A DNA stretch of 64,000 nucleotides, taken from NCBI GenBank assembly GCA_965140585.1, contig OZ223269.1:320001-384000 (forward strand), written 5' to 3'. The DNA comes from Spirochaetia bacterium (GTDB taxonomy: Bacteria > Spirochaetota > Spirochaetia > UBA9216). Position numbers and translations under genes: made by a program. Below the pieces are notes generated by a model that made no database searches, was not told the DNA's origin, and was given only the letters and a program-made list of their open reading frames with translations. How positions within the stretch are numbered: the first letter of the stretch is position 1; the number at the start of each line of letters is the position of its first letter. Of the stretch, positions 1-9,905 are shown one piece after another.

Positions 1-1
1 C

Positions 2-301
2 GATGAACTCCTTTCCGGCACAAACACTGAAGAGCGTGAAGCGGCCGTTGCTGCTATCCTTAGAGGTGTCTGCAGCATGAATGCGCTGACTGTTTCAGCC
101 ACACATGATCTGTCAATTGTAGAAGAATTTAAATCCTTTATGAGTCTAAAGTACTTTACTTATAGAATTGAAGATGGAGGACTGTTTTTTGATTATAAAA
201 TAAGAAACGGTAGAGCTGGCAACGGAAATGCTGTTCGTCTGCTCAGATATCTCGGTTATCCGGAAAATATTGTATCGGATGCTGAATTACGTCTGTTCTG
301 A
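2..301 (+). CDS. MutS-related ATPase, C-terminal part (5' truncated by window edge)
   Basis: Frame open from base 2: DELFSGTNTEER...SATHD...FDYKIRNG...NAVRLL, the Walker B/D-loop and ATH motifs of MutS domain V. Confidence 0.85.
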   Translation, partial: DELLSGTNTEEREAAVAAILRGVCSMNALTVSATHDLSIVEEFKSFMSLKYFTYRIEDGGLFFDYKIRNGRAGNGNAVRLLRYLGYPENIVSDAELRLF

Positions 302-302
302 A

Positions 303-668
303 TCAGCTTTCAGTAACCAGCTCAGATTGTTTAAAGTAAGAATTGAAGGCTTTATGCCCGCAGTAATTACTGATGTCAGTCAGCTGTCCATTATTAAAAT
401 ACAAAATAAAAGGGACCTGATGGTTCTTCCAGGTGGTTTCTTTTACAAACATAAATTCTCTAAAGTACGGTTTATTGTTATAACTGAGATAATAAATCTT
501 CACTTCATCTTCAGGAATCTTTTTAAGAAAAGTTTCCATAAACTTCCATTGCGGACACCAGTCCTGAGTTAATATCACCGCAACCCTTTCTGATGAATTG
601 ACTATTTCATCCGGAATTTCTTTATTATTGATAATGAATTCTGCCTGAATATCTGTAATCTCTGTCAT
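303..668 (-). CDS. Thioredoxin-like fold hypothetical protein (single Cys, WCPQW)
   Basis: VAVILTQDWCPQW and QVPFILYFNNG resemble the Trx active-site and cis-Pro loops. Confidence 0.55.
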   Translation of the reverse strand: MTEITDIQAEFIINNKEIPDEIVNSSERVAVILTQDWCPQWKFMETFLKKIPEDEVKIYYLSYNNKPYFREFMFVKETTWKNHQVPFILYFNNGQLTDISNYCGHKAFNSYFKQSELVTES

Positions 669-764
669 TATAGTAAGGTAACTAATATATATAATAAATT
701 CAATATTATTAAGAAAAATATTGCGAATATAACAAATAGCAATTAATATTTATTAAATGCAAGG

Positions 765-1988
765 ATGCTTTTTGTAATGATTGCTTTTATTATTTCATTA
801 TTCTTAAATCTTTTTCTTATTATTCTGGTACTTTATTTTATATATAGGTGCAGAGTAATCCGTAAATCGGCTGCTGATATTAAAAACAAGATAGAGAAGC
901 TGGATCTTACTTTAAAAGCTACACGTGACGGGCTCTGGGAGCTTGAAATAGGAAAAAACAAGGCATATTACAGTCCGCGATGGTATGAAATGCTTGGGTA
1001 CAGGCCAGATCTGTTCGGTTCGGACCCGGAATCCTGGAAAACCCTGATTCATCCGGATGAAAGAGAAACAATCGACTCATTATTTCAGGACTACTGCAGA
1101 ACAGGTGAACCATTTAAGTATGAAATGAGAATGAAAACAAATGATGGCAGTTATAAGTGGATTTTAAGCCGGGGACAGTGTATTGAATGGGATTCTCAAG
1201 GTAAGCCTGCCAGAGTAATCGGAACTCATACCGATATTGATCAGGTAAAATTATATGCTGAAGAATTAAAGGAAGCCAGGATAAAAGCTGAAGAGAGTGA
1301 CAGGCTTAAATCTGCATTTCTTGCAAATATGAGTCATGAGATAAGAACCCCGCTTAATGGTATTGTCGGTTTTTCAAAGTTACTTGCGGAAGAGGAACTC
1401 CCCGCAGAGAAAAGAGAACTTTTCAGTGCAATAATCTCATCTAATTCGGAACAGCTTTTACGGCTTATTTCGGATATTATAGATTTTGCCAGAATAGAAA
1501 GCGGTCGTCTTGATATCTTTTCTGAAGAATTTGACCTCGATGAAATTATGGATGAAATATTTACCAATTTCTCTTCAATAATTGAACTTGATGACAGAAA
1601 ATCTATTAAGATTAAGCTTATTAAGGATTCCCCGGATTCATCTAATAGAATAGATACTGATAGTATTCGCCTGAGACAGATTCTGAACAATCTGATCAGC
1701 AACGCCATTAAATTTACGGAATCCGGATATATTGAGTTTGGTTACCGTAAAGCCGACGGAGCATATAATTTCTTTGTTAAAGATACGGGTGTTGGAATTG
1801 AAGAAGCGAAATTGGAAACTATTTTTGAAAGGTTCAGGCAGGAGGATGAAACGCTTACCAGAAAGTACGGTGGAACCGGACTGGGTTTGACTATTTCACG
1901 AAGTCTGGTTGAAAATCTGGGAGGAGTGCTTTTAGCCGAGTCAGAGAAAAACAGAGGTTCTCTGTTTTATTTCACTCTTTTAGAATGA
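765..1988 (+). CDS. Membrane-anchored PAS sensor histidine kinase
   Basis: N-terminal TM, PAS/PAC (DGLWE..YYSPRWYEMLGY..IHPDE), H-box FLANMSHEIRTPLN, N-box NLISNAIKFT, DTGVGI, GTGLGL. Confidence 0.92.
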   Translation: MLFVMIAFIISLFLNLFLIILVLYFIYRCRVIRKSAADIKNKIEKLDLTLKATRDGLWELEIGKNKAYYSPRWYEMLGYRPDLFGSDPESWKTLIHPDERETIDSLFQDYCRTGEPFKYEMRMKTNDGSYKWILSRGQCIEWDSQGKPARVIGTHTDIDQVKLYAEELKEARIKAEESDRLKSAFLANMSHEIRTPLNGIVGFSKLLAEEELPAEKRELFSAIISSNSEQLLRLISDIIDFARIESGRLDIFSEEFDLDEIMDEIFTNFSSIIELDDRKSIKIKLIKDSPDSSNRIDTDSIRLRQILNNLISNAIKFTESGYIEFGYRKADGAYNFFVKDTGVGIEEAKLETIFERFRQEDETLTRKYGGTGLGLTISRSLVENLGGVLLAESEKNRGSLFYFTLLE

Positions 1989-2039
1989 AATTCAGAACAG
2001 TTATTGATAAAAATACGAACAGGATCTAAAGTATTATCT

Positions 2040-3176
2040 ATGGAAAATAAAGAGCGTCAGATTAAAGATTTTGAGAAAAGTATAGAAAAAACCGGAGACT
2101 TGATTCGTCAGCTATACCTTGATTCCGGTTCCATAGCATACGCTGAATTCAAAAATTCCTCTGATGATTCAAGTGCATCTACTTATATGACCGGAATCAG
2201 TAAGCTGGATAGGCTTATAGCGGATGAATTATCCAGAAAAGATAATATTATAAAAACTGCCAAGAGAAGTGATGAAATTGAAGAAATTCGCAAAAGTCTC
2301 AAACAGCAGATTCGTCTGCTTGAAAAGGACAATATTTCAAATTATGAAACAATCGGCAGAGCCAGTTTTGAGGCTTTCCGTCAGGGAAGTCTGCCTATGG
2401 AGAATTATGAACAGATATTTGCAGATATTATAGGCAGTAAAGAAAAAATAAAACAACTTGAAGATGATCAAATCGATATAGAAGCTGCCCTGGGGCGTGA
2501 AAAACTGCTTCGAAAGGTTCAGCTCACAGCAAAAAAAATAAGTAATAAGAGTTCAATATCATCCCAGTACAGGCTGCTCTCAAAACATTATAGAAAGGCC
2601 GGGGAGCAGATTTGTAATTCGGAACTGATAATGAATCTTGAAGCTGATTCTGTGAAAAATGCAGTACAGCCGTTTCGTGATAATCTTGACGGGATGGAGA
2701 AACTTGAAATGGAAGACCAGCAGCTTCATCTTGAAAAAGAAGAGCTGCGGGGCAGTCTTGAGGGGCTTGGGGCAGGAGATAATCTCAAGAAAACCATAGC
2801 TGACCTTGATCAGCTTATTGCCGAATACAATTCTGAAAGAGAAGAACTTCTTGTGAGTGTTGGAGAAATACTTTATAACAATCAGAAAGATCCGCTCTCT
2901 GATAACGATAAAATGAAGGACATATTCTCGCAGATTAATGATGCAAATTCTGAGATTACAGTTTTTAATGCTGAGATTGAAAAACTGAAGGCTGAAGCTG
3001 AGATTGAAAAACAGAATAAGGAAATTCAGTCCCTAAATAAAAAAATATACGGATATGAAGAGAAAATTCAGAGTTTCAGTGATGAAACAGGCAAGCTGAA
3101 AGATCAGATTAAGAAAGCCGAAGATGAAATAAAGAAGCTCGAAACTGTTATAAAAGAAGAGAAGGTGAAGAAATGA
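2040..3176 (+). CDS. Coiled-coil hypothetical protein
   Basis: Long E/K/Q/L heptad-rich ORF; ATG at 2040 preferred to TTG at 2004; stop overlaps mtnP start. Confidence 0.7.
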   Translation: MENKERQIKDFEKSIEKTGDLIRQLYLDSGSIAYAEFKNSSDDSSASTYMTGISKLDRLIADELSRKDNIIKTAKRSDEIEEIRKSLKQQIRLLEKDNISNYETIGRASFEAFRQGSLPMENYEQIFADIIGSKEKIKQLEDDQIDIEAALGREKLLRKVQLTAKKISNKSSISSQYRLLSKHYRKAGEQICNSELIMNLEADSVKNAVQPFRDNLDGMEKLEMEDQQLHLEKEELRGSLEGLGAGDNLKKTIADLDQLIAEYNSEREELLVSVGEILYNNQKDPLSDNDKMKDIFSQINDANSEITVFNAEIEKLKAEAEIEKQNKEIQSLNKKIYGYEEKIQSFSDETGKLKDQIKKAEDEIKKLETVIKEEKVKK

Positions 3177-3922
3177 CTAAAATAGGTATAATCGGAGGGA
3201 GTGGTCTTGATAATCCTGAAATACTCTTAAACCCGAAGGATACAGAAGTTACAACATTGTATGGTCTGCCTTCATCGCTGCTGAAAACCGGAACAATAGG
3301 AAACACAGAGGTCGTGCTTATCGCAAGGCACGGCCGGGAACATACAATTCCGCCGACACAGGTTAATTACCGTGCTAATATAATGGCCTTGAAAGAGGCC
3401 GGATGCACACATATCGTGGCCACCACCGCAGTCGGTTCTCTCAGAGAAGAAATAGGCCGCGGTGATTTTGTGATTCTTGACCAGTTTATAGATTTTACAA
3501 GGCACAGAACGGTTTCATTTCATGAAAGCTTCGAACCGGGCAAGGCTGTTCATACCGGCATGGCTGACCCTTTTTCGGAAGATATCCGGCAGGTCCTTAT
3601 CCGGCAGGCAGAATCTGCTGGACTAAATTATCATAAAACAGGAACGGTTATAACCATTGAGGGGCCGCGCTTTTCCACCAGAGCCGAATCTAAAATGTTT
3701 AGAATGTGGGGTGCTGATGTTATAAATATGTCAATCGCTCCAGAGGCTATTCTGGCCAATGAAGCAGGTATCCCCTATGCCGCTGTAGCAATGAGTACCG
3801 ATTATGACTGCTGGAAAGAAGATGAAGCTCCTGTGAGCTGGGAAGATATCCTTGTCGCTTTTTCCGGAAACGTTGAAAAGATGACCACATTGCTGGTCTC
3901 TGCAATACCGGAGATCCATTGA
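3173..3922 (+). CDS. mtnP: S-methyl-5'-thioadenosine phosphorylase
   Basis: IGIIGGSGL, ARHGREH, VNYRANI, EGPRFSTRAES, DVINMS, TDYDCW. Confidence 0.92.
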   Translation: MTKIGIIGGSGLDNPEILLNPKDTEVTTLYGLPSSLLKTGTIGNTEVVLIARHGREHTIPPTQVNYRANIMALKEAGCTHIVATTAVGSLREEIGRGDFVILDQFIDFTRHRTVSFHESFEPGKAVHTGMADPFSEDIRQVLIRQAESAGLNYHKTGTVITIEGPRFSTRAESKMFRMWGADVINMSIAPEAILANEAGIPYAAVAMSTDYDCWKEDEAPVSWEDILVAFSGNVEKMTTLLVSAIPEIH

Positions 3923-4608
3923 TAGCAATCATTGCAGCAATGGATCCTGAACTCAGAATGATTAGGAATTCCATTCGGAACAGAAAAATTGAGAACTGGA
4001 ATGGATATGAGTTTATTCATGGACAGCTGGGTGGAAAAGAGGTCGTAGCGGTTAGATGCGGAGTAGGGAAGGTTCTGACTGCACTGATAACGCAGAGGCT
4101 TTGTGATGAATATTCCCCTTCGGCTATAATCATGAGCGGTATAGCAGGCTCTATAACTCCCGAAATTGTCCTCGGTGATATTGTGGCTGCCCGTGACTGC
4201 GTACAGCATGATCTTGATGCAACCATGTTCGGCTTTTCACGAGGCGAGATCCCGTATTCCGGAATACATATAGTCGAAGCGGATACTCATCTTTTAAATA
4301 TAGCTTTAGGCTTCGGTAATGACTCTATCAAATCCGGAAGGGTTCTGACCGGAGACCAGTTTATTACTGGTTCAGACCGGCCTGAATATGCATATCTGAA
4401 GGATGAGCTTGAGGGGGATCTGGTTGAGATGGAAGGTGCTGCTTCTGCAATAACCGCTGCAATAAACAAGACCCCCTTTCTGCTTATCAGGGTTGTTTCT
4501 GATAATGCCGATGGAAAAGCTCCGGAAAACTACAATAAATTTCTGAAGTCTGCTTCTGAAAGAAGCTACCATCTTGTTGAATATATTCTTGGTGAATGCC
4601 GGTATTGA
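3919..4608 (+). CDS. mtnN: 5'-methylthioadenosine/S-adenosylhomocysteine nucleosidase
   Basis: IAIIAAMDPE, GVGKV, SGIAGS, QHDLD, TGDQFI, VEMEGAA, IRVVSDNAD. Confidence 0.9.
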   Translation: MIAIIAAMDPELRMIRNSIRNRKIENWNGYEFIHGQLGGKEVVAVRCGVGKVLTALITQRLCDEYSPSAIIMSGIAGSITPEIVLGDIVAARDCVQHDLDATMFGFSRGEIPYSGIHIVEADTHLLNIALGFGNDSIKSGRVLTGDQFITGSDRPEYAYLKDELEGDLVEMEGAASAITAAINKTPFLLIRVVSDNADGKAPENYNKFLKSASERSYHLVEYILGECRY

Positions 4609-5493
4609 ATGACTGCAATTAAAAAAAATACTCGTGCTGAAATATTTATTATTTTTACTACTGTTATATGGGGCGGCACCTTTGTCGTGATCAAAAATGG
4701 GCTGAACGATGCCTCACCGCTTATGTTTCTCGCCTTAAGGTTTGGAGCTGCCTTTATTCCATACTTTCTGATATTCAGAAAGCATTTTTATAGATTAAGC
4801 AGACGGACTGTATTCAGGGCTTTTATTCTGTCTTTGTTTTTTTTCTGCGGTTATGCAATGCAGACAATAGGCCTGTCTTATACAACAGTGGCTAAATCCA
4901 GTTTATTCACATATCTTTTTGCTCTGGTAGTTCCGCCGCTTCAGTTTTTCTTCACAGGTAAAAGGTTGAACACTGAAAATATATTAGGTCTTGTGATTGT
5001 AGTTTCCGGAATGGTGATCTTTACCCGGCCGGGAAATTCTTCGCTTAATATCGGTGATTTTCTTACAATGGCCGGTGCAGCAGGCTACGCCTTTTTTATT
5101 CTGTTTATAGACAGGTATTCTAATGAAGAGGACCCTGCAGTTTTAACGGGATTTCAGTTTCTAATTTCAGCACTTCTTGCACTTGTTTTCTCATTGTTGC
5201 TTGAAGAGCCATTCGTAAATCCGGGGTTTAACCTGTATATTTCTATAGGTTATCTTGCGCTTCCCGGCAGTATTCTGGCTATCTATCTGATGAACCGTTA
5301 TCAGGGCGATATCACACCGCTGAAAGCCTGCCTGCTTTATTCTCTTGAACCTGTATTTTCCATTATCTTTGGATGGATAATCCTGCATGAGACGTTATCG
5401 TTTTCTGAGTCGATTGGGGCTTTGCTTATCCTGGCAGGTGTTCTGGCTTCAGAGCTTATCGGACATCTGAGATCGCTCAGGCATTATGTGTGA
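4609..5493 (+). CDS. DMT/EamA family transporter
   Basis: About 10 TM; IWGGTFVVIK, LRF, QTIGL, GD, LEPVF. Confidence 0.9.
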   Translation: MTAIKKNTRAEIFIIFTTVIWGGTFVVIKNGLNDASPLMFLALRFGAAFIPYFLIFRKHFYRLSRRTVFRAFILSLFFFCGYAMQTIGLSYTTVAKSSLFTYLFALVVPPLQFFFTGKRLNTENILGLVIVVSGMVIFTRPGNSSLNIGDFLTMAGAAGYAFFILFIDRYSNEEDPAVLTGFQFLISALLALVFSLLLEEPFVNPGFNLYISIGYLALPGSILAIYLMNRYQGDITPLKACLLYSLEPVFSIIFGWIILHETLSFSESIGALLILAGVLASELIGHLRSLRHYV

Positions 5494-6100
5494 ACTTATC
5501 TGAATTCCCGAGAAAAATAGATTCAAGACTGTAATCCTTTCCGGAACCATCGAAAACGACTTTTATTATTTCACCGTTATTAGGGAAATCTTTGGGGTAG
5601 TCCGGAAGAATATTTTTAAGAGTCGCAATTATCAGCCTCATGGTTACAGCATGAGTTACTATAAGAATATTTTTATTTTTATATTTTTCATGTAAGTCTT
5701 TAAAAAACGAGTCTACCCTGTCTGCAATCATTTTATATGACTCGCCTCCGCCTGCAGGTTCCCATTCCCATCTTTTCAGCTGATCCTGGATGTAATCGGG
5801 TTCGAGTTTTACCTGGTCATAGCTCATACCCGAAAATCTGCCGAGGTGCTGTTCAGTTATCCTCTCATCTAGTTCAATAGAAGTATCGAAAAGCATGCTG
5901 AACGGCTCTGCTGTCTGTACAGCCCTGATCAGCGGAGATGAAATTATATGATCTATATCAGCAATATCCTTCAGTTCTTCGGCAATAAGAGCAGCTTCGT
6001 TCCGGCCTTCTTCTGTCAGCGGATATGCCAACTGACTAGCCATGATTCTGGCTTTGTTGGCTTCGCTTTCTGCATGACGAATAAAATAGAGCGTATTCAT
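5477..6100 (-). CDS. Histidine phosphatase (phosphoglycerate mutase family)
   Basis: RHAES, SSPLIRAVQTA, GGGES, VTHA. Confidence 0.9.
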   Translation of the reverse strand: MNTLYFIRHAESEANKARIMASQLAYPLTEEGRNEAALIAEELKDIADIDHIISSPLIRAVQTAEPFSMLFDTSIELDERITEQHLGRFSGMSYDQVKLEPDYIQDQLKRWEWEPAGGGESYKMIADRVDSFFKDLHEKYKNKNILIVTHAVTMRLIIATLKNILPDYPKDFPNNGEIIKVVFDGSGKDYSLESIFLGNSDKFTHNA

Positions 6101-6144
6101 ATCTGAATTATACTGATTTTATCTTATACTATCTATATCAGCAC

Positions 6145-6188
6145 TTGATTATGTTTTTTTGAAGACATAATATAGTTAATCGATTAAC
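6145..6188 (+). promoter_or_regulatory. Sigma70 promoter (TTGATT-17-TAATAT) with LacI-type operator GTTAATCGATTAAC
   Basis: Perfect 14-bp palindrome at 6175-6188 with central CG, just downstream of the -10. Confidence 0.65.
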
Positions 6189-6214
6189 CTATTGTTTATT
6201 TTAAGGAGCAGCTT

Positions 6215-7522
6215 ATGTCGGCAATTGAAGAGTTTAACAATATTCTAAAATCCAACTTGGAAGGAGAATCCAGAGGTATATATTCGCTCTGCAGTGCTCA
6301 TTCAGAGGTAATAAAGGCGGCTATGAAGCAGTCTATGAGCGATGGTTCTCTTCTGCTTATTGAATCGACTAGTAATCAGGTCGATCAGTTCGGCGGATAC
6401 ACCGGAATGAAACCTGCTGATTTTATATCCTATGTTAAAAAAATTGCCGGTGAGACAGGCTATCCCGATGAACGTATTTTGTTTGGTGGAGACCATCTGG
6501 GGCCGAATGCCTGGCAATCCCTTAAAGCTGCAGATGCTATGAAAAACGCCAGAGAGCTCATCGCAGGCTATGTTAAAGCAGGATACCAGAAGATTCATCT
6601 TGATGCGAGTATGTACTGTGCAGATGATGAAGGGGACAGGCATAAACCGCTTGCCGATGAGATAGTAGCCGAAAGGGCCGCAGATTTGTGCAGTGTCGCA
6701 GAGAAAACCATAGTGGAAATGGGCAATCCGCATCGGCTTTCATATATTATCGGTACAGAAGTTCCTGTCCCGGGGGGAAGCAGAGAAAAGGAAGAGCAGG
6801 TAAATCCCACATCATCGGAAGATGCAATTCGAACTTATGAGGTAACCAGAGCTGCATTTGAAAAAAAAGGCTTGTCGTCGGCCTGGAAACGAGTATGCGG
6901 TCTTGTTGTTCAGCCGGGAGTGGAGTTCGGGGATGATCAGGTTTTTCATTACAACAGGAACATGGCCTCCGGGCTGTCTTCACTTGCAGGAAACCGTCTG
7001 CCGATTATTTTTGAAGCTCACTCCACGGACTATCAGACCGGTGAAGGTTTAAAACACCTTGTTGAGGATCACTTTTGTATTCTTAAAGTCGGGCCCTGGG
7101 TTACCTTTGCGTACAGAGAAGCGGTATTTGCTCTCGAATTGATTGAAAGGGAATTATGCGGAAAATCAGGGTGTCAGTTATCAGCGCTTCGGGATACAAT
7201 TGAAAATGTTATGATTGGTAATCCAAAATACTGGAAATCATACTATTCCGGAACTGAGGAAGAGATTGAACAAAAAAGGAAGTACAGTTTCAGTGACCGG
7301 GTAAGATACTACTGGCCCGATTCCGCAATTAAGGATTCGATATCCAGGCTCATGAATAATCTGTCAGGAAGACAGATCCCACTGTCACTATTAAGCCAGT
7401 TCATGCCCTCTCAGTTCTACTCAGTCCAGGATGGCTGGATACAGCCTGTAGCCGAAGAACTGATACACGATAGAATAGCTGATGTAATTAGAATTTATTC
7501 AGCAGCCTGCGGGACACTTTAG
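6215..7522 (+). CDS. gatZ: GatZ/KbaZ family protein (tagatose-6-phosphate 4-epimerase / aldolase accessory subunit)
   Basis: SLCSAH, IESTSNQVDQFGGYTGM, GGDHLGPN, KIHLDASM, GTEVPVPGG, VVQPGVEF, EAHSTDYQ, LKVGP, SDRVRYYW. Confidence 0.9.
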   Translation: MSAIEEFNNILKSNLEGESRGIYSLCSAHSEVIKAAMKQSMSDGSLLLIESTSNQVDQFGGYTGMKPADFISYVKKIAGETGYPDERILFGGDHLGPNAWQSLKAADAMKNARELIAGYVKAGYQKIHLDASMYCADDEGDRHKPLADEIVAERAADLCSVAEKTIVEMGNPHRLSYIIGTEVPVPGGSREKEEQVNPTSSEDAIRTYEVTRAAFEKKGLSSAWKRVCGLVVQPGVEFGDDQVFHYNRNMASGLSSLAGNRLPIIFEAHSTDYQTGEGLKHLVEDHFCILKVGPWVTFAYREAVFALELIERELCGKSGCQLSALRDTIENVMIGNPKYWKSYYSGTEEEIEQKRKYSFSDRVRYYWPDSAIKDSISRLMNNLSGRQIPLSLLSQFMPSQFYSVQDGWIQPVAEELIHDRIADVIRIYSAACGTL

Positions 7523-8086
7523 TATACCGCGGGTAAAATCCTTCACGAAACGGAGCATGCACTCATCAAGAGTGTAGGGATCTTTAAGTTCAGCATGATG
7601 CATATAGTGAAAAGTTGCTCCGGATATTATATTCACAAAGTGCCTTGAACTTTTTGCGGCATCAGTATCATCCTTCAGCTGATTCGAGTGGCTTTCAATA
7701 TAGTTTTTTACTATTTCTATCATCTGTTCCGGCTGGTTTTTAAGTTCTTTTTCAATTTCCTCAAAGGCAATAATTTCTTTAAAACTCATCTGGATAAGTC
7801 TGCTGTTCTTTTTAAAAAGATTAACCATTGCATTGCAGATAAGTATGAAATCCTTCTCAATATCATCTGTTGTATCCTGAAGAAGATATTCAGGAGTCGG
7901 TCGTACAATATATTTTCTGAAAGTCTCATGATAAATACTCTTTTTATTACCGAAGCACCTGAAGAGGGTTACCTCATTAACCCCGGCCGATTCTGCTATC
8001 TCCCGTGTTCTTACCGCGGCATAGCCCTTATCTGAAAATAGTTTTACAGATGCAGCAAGAATTTTATCTTTTGTATCTACGCTCAT
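7499..8086 (-). CDS. TetR/AcrR family transcriptional regulator
   Basis: ILAASVKLFSDKGY..TREIAESAGVNEVTLFRCFGNK HTH; divergent from the MATE gene. Confidence 0.92.
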   Translation of the reverse strand: MSVDTKDKILAASVKLFSDKGYAAVRTREIAESAGVNEVTLFRCFGNKKSIYHETFRKYIVRPTPEYLLQDTTDDIEKDFILICNAMVNLFKKNSRLIQMSFKEIIAFEEIEKELKNQPEQMIEIVKNYIESHSNQLKDDTDAAKSSRHFVNIISGATFHYMHHAELKDPYTLDECMLRFVKDFTRGILKCPAGC

Positions 8087-8136
8087 CTTTCTCCTCTTAC
8101 TATTAAATATACAATAATCAGAAAAGTGTTAAAAGT

Positions 8137-8177
8137 GCAAGTAAGTACTTGCTTTTATTATGTGATCTATATAAATT
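8137..8177 (+). promoter_or_regulatory. TetR operator GCAAGTA-AG-TACTTGC overlapping the MATE promoter (TTGCTT-17-TAAATT)
   Basis: Perfect 7-2-7 palindrome at 8137-8152 between divergent tetR and MATE genes. Confidence 0.7.
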
Positions 8178-8186
8178 ATTAAATGT

Positions 8187-9626
8187 ATGAAAGATATTAA
8201 TAATACAGATAAATCAGAATTTCTGGGAAAAGAAAAGATATTCCCTCTTTTAATAAAGATGGCCGCACCTGCTGCAGCAGGAATGCTTGTACAGGCCTTA
8301 TATAACATTGTTGATACTATTTTTGTTGGAAGAGGAGTCGGTTCACTTGCAATCGGAGCACTCTCTCTGGTTTTTCCAATTCAGATGATTGTTGCTTCTA
8401 TCGCAATGGCACTGGGAATAGGTACAGCTTCTATTGTTTCAAGAAGACTTGGAGAAAAACGGTTTGATGATGCATCAAAAGCAGTAGGAACCGGATACAC
8501 TTCCATGCTTGCAGGAACATTTATTCTTACTGCAATACTTGTCATTTTCATGAAGCCCATACTTGGATTTTTTGGAACTACAGAAGTGCTTATGCCGCTT
8601 ACATCGGAATATACAAAATGGGTTTCAATCGGATTTTTCTTTTTTGCCTTTTCATCCTTTGCAAGTACAATGGCAAGAGCGGAAGGAAACTCAAAAGGTG
8701 CAATGATAGGTATGATGGTGGGTGCAGTCCTTAACTGCCTGCTGGATCCGCTGTTTATATTCGGATTCGACCTCGGTGTTATGGGTGCTGCAATTGCCAC
8801 TTCCATAAGCCAGATGGTTTCCGCCTTGTATTTCATAAGTATCTATGTTAGGAAAAAAAATACAGTAAAGATAAGACCGGGATACTTTCGAATTGATACA
8901 AAGATTCTGAAAGAAAGCGTTGTTCTCGGTATTCCGCCCTTTATTCAGAATGCAGGAATGAGCCTGCTTGTTCTGATTGTTAACAATTCGCTAGGACATT
9001 ACGGCGGAGAAGAAGCCATAGTAAACTACGGAATGTCAAACCGGTTTATGTCTGTTCTGATTATGCCTATTATCGGTATTGCTCAGGGCTTTCAGCCTAT
9101 TGCAGGCTACAATATCGGGGCAAAGAATTATGACAGGGTTAAACAAAGCCTTAAAACCGCAATAATTACCGGATTGTCAGTTACCATGGTAGGCTACAGT
9201 ATTGCAATGATCTTTCCTCAGGCATGTATGGGGCTTTTTACCTCAGATACTGCGATAATTGAATCAAGTGCGAGAGTACTGAGAATTGTAATGTTATCTA
9301 TTCCACTGGTTGCAGTGCAGTTTATCGGAATAAGCTATTTTCAGGCCGTGGGAAAAGCAAAACAGTCAATGCTTCTCGGCCTTTCAAGACAACTGCTGCT
9401 TTTTCTGCCGGTTCTTATCATACTTCCGCTGATAATAGGACTTGATGGTGTCTGGGGAACTTTCCCTGTTGCTGACACCTTATCATCAGTACTTACCTAT
9501 ATCCTGCTTATTGTTGAATTAAAGAAGCTCGGCAGGGCTGATGAGGAAAGAAAGGCTGATATTGAAATAGAAAAGGATAATTATGTAAAAGTGCAGCTTC
9601 AGCCGGAATTGAGGGCTGAAGCCTGA
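8187..9626 (+). CDS. MATE family efflux transporter (MepA-like)
   Basis: LYNIVDTIFVG, RAEGN, LDPLFIFGFDLGVMGAAIAT, QPIAGYNIGAK, LSRQ; about 12 TM. Confidence 0.93.
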   Translation: MKDINNTDKSEFLGKEKIFPLLIKMAAPAAAGMLVQALYNIVDTIFVGRGVGSLAIGALSLVFPIQMIVASIAMALGIGTASIVSRRLGEKRFDDASKAVGTGYTSMLAGTFILTAILVIFMKPILGFFGTTEVLMPLTSEYTKWVSIGFFFFAFSSFASTMARAEGNSKGAMIGMMVGAVLNCLLDPLFIFGFDLGVMGAAIATSISQMVSALYFISIYVRKKNTVKIRPGYFRIDTKILKESVVLGIPPFIQNAGMSLLVLIVNNSLGHYGGEEAIVNYGMSNRFMSVLIMPIIGIAQGFQPIAGYNIGAKNYDRVKQSLKTAIITGLSVTMVGYSIAMIFPQACMGLFTSDTAIIESSARVLRIVMLSIPLVAVQFIGISYFQAVGKAKQSMLLGLSRQLLLFLPVLIILPLIIGLDGVWGTFPVADTLSSVLTYILLIVELKKLGRADEERKADIEIEKDNYVKVQLQPELRAEA

Positions 9627-9638
9627 TTAAAATAGATC

Positions 9639-9902
9639 TTACTGCCAGCGTTCCAGTTTGGGAATGCCGGCGGCAAAAAATGAAGCTATGAAGCCGGGCA
9701 TCTTCATTTTTTTCAGCTGTTCCTTGACCAGGGATTTCATTTCTTCCATGGTCATCTCAGGCTGAACGAAGGCTCCGTTTTCATAGCAGTAACTGCAGTA
9801 TTTATTATTCAGGGACCCGTCTGGTTCGGTTCCCCCGCCTTTCGGGTCCTGTTTCATAGGTATACCGCAGCTTTGACAATTTTTGTATTTTACCTTATTC
9901 AT
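9639..9902 (-). CDS. Zinc-ribbon domain protein
   Basis: CQSCGIPM...GTEPDGS..KYCSYCYENG...IPKLERW. Confidence 0.85.
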   Translation of the reverse strand: MNKVKYKNCQSCGIPMKQDPKGGGTEPDGSLNNKYCSYCYENGAFVQPEMTMEEMKSLVKEQLKKMKMPGFIASFFAAGIPKLERWQ

Positions 9903-9905
9903 CGA

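Noticed and set aside
2004-3176. SMC-like or defence ATPase
   Set aside because: Coiled coil only, with no Walker motifs or nuclease signature
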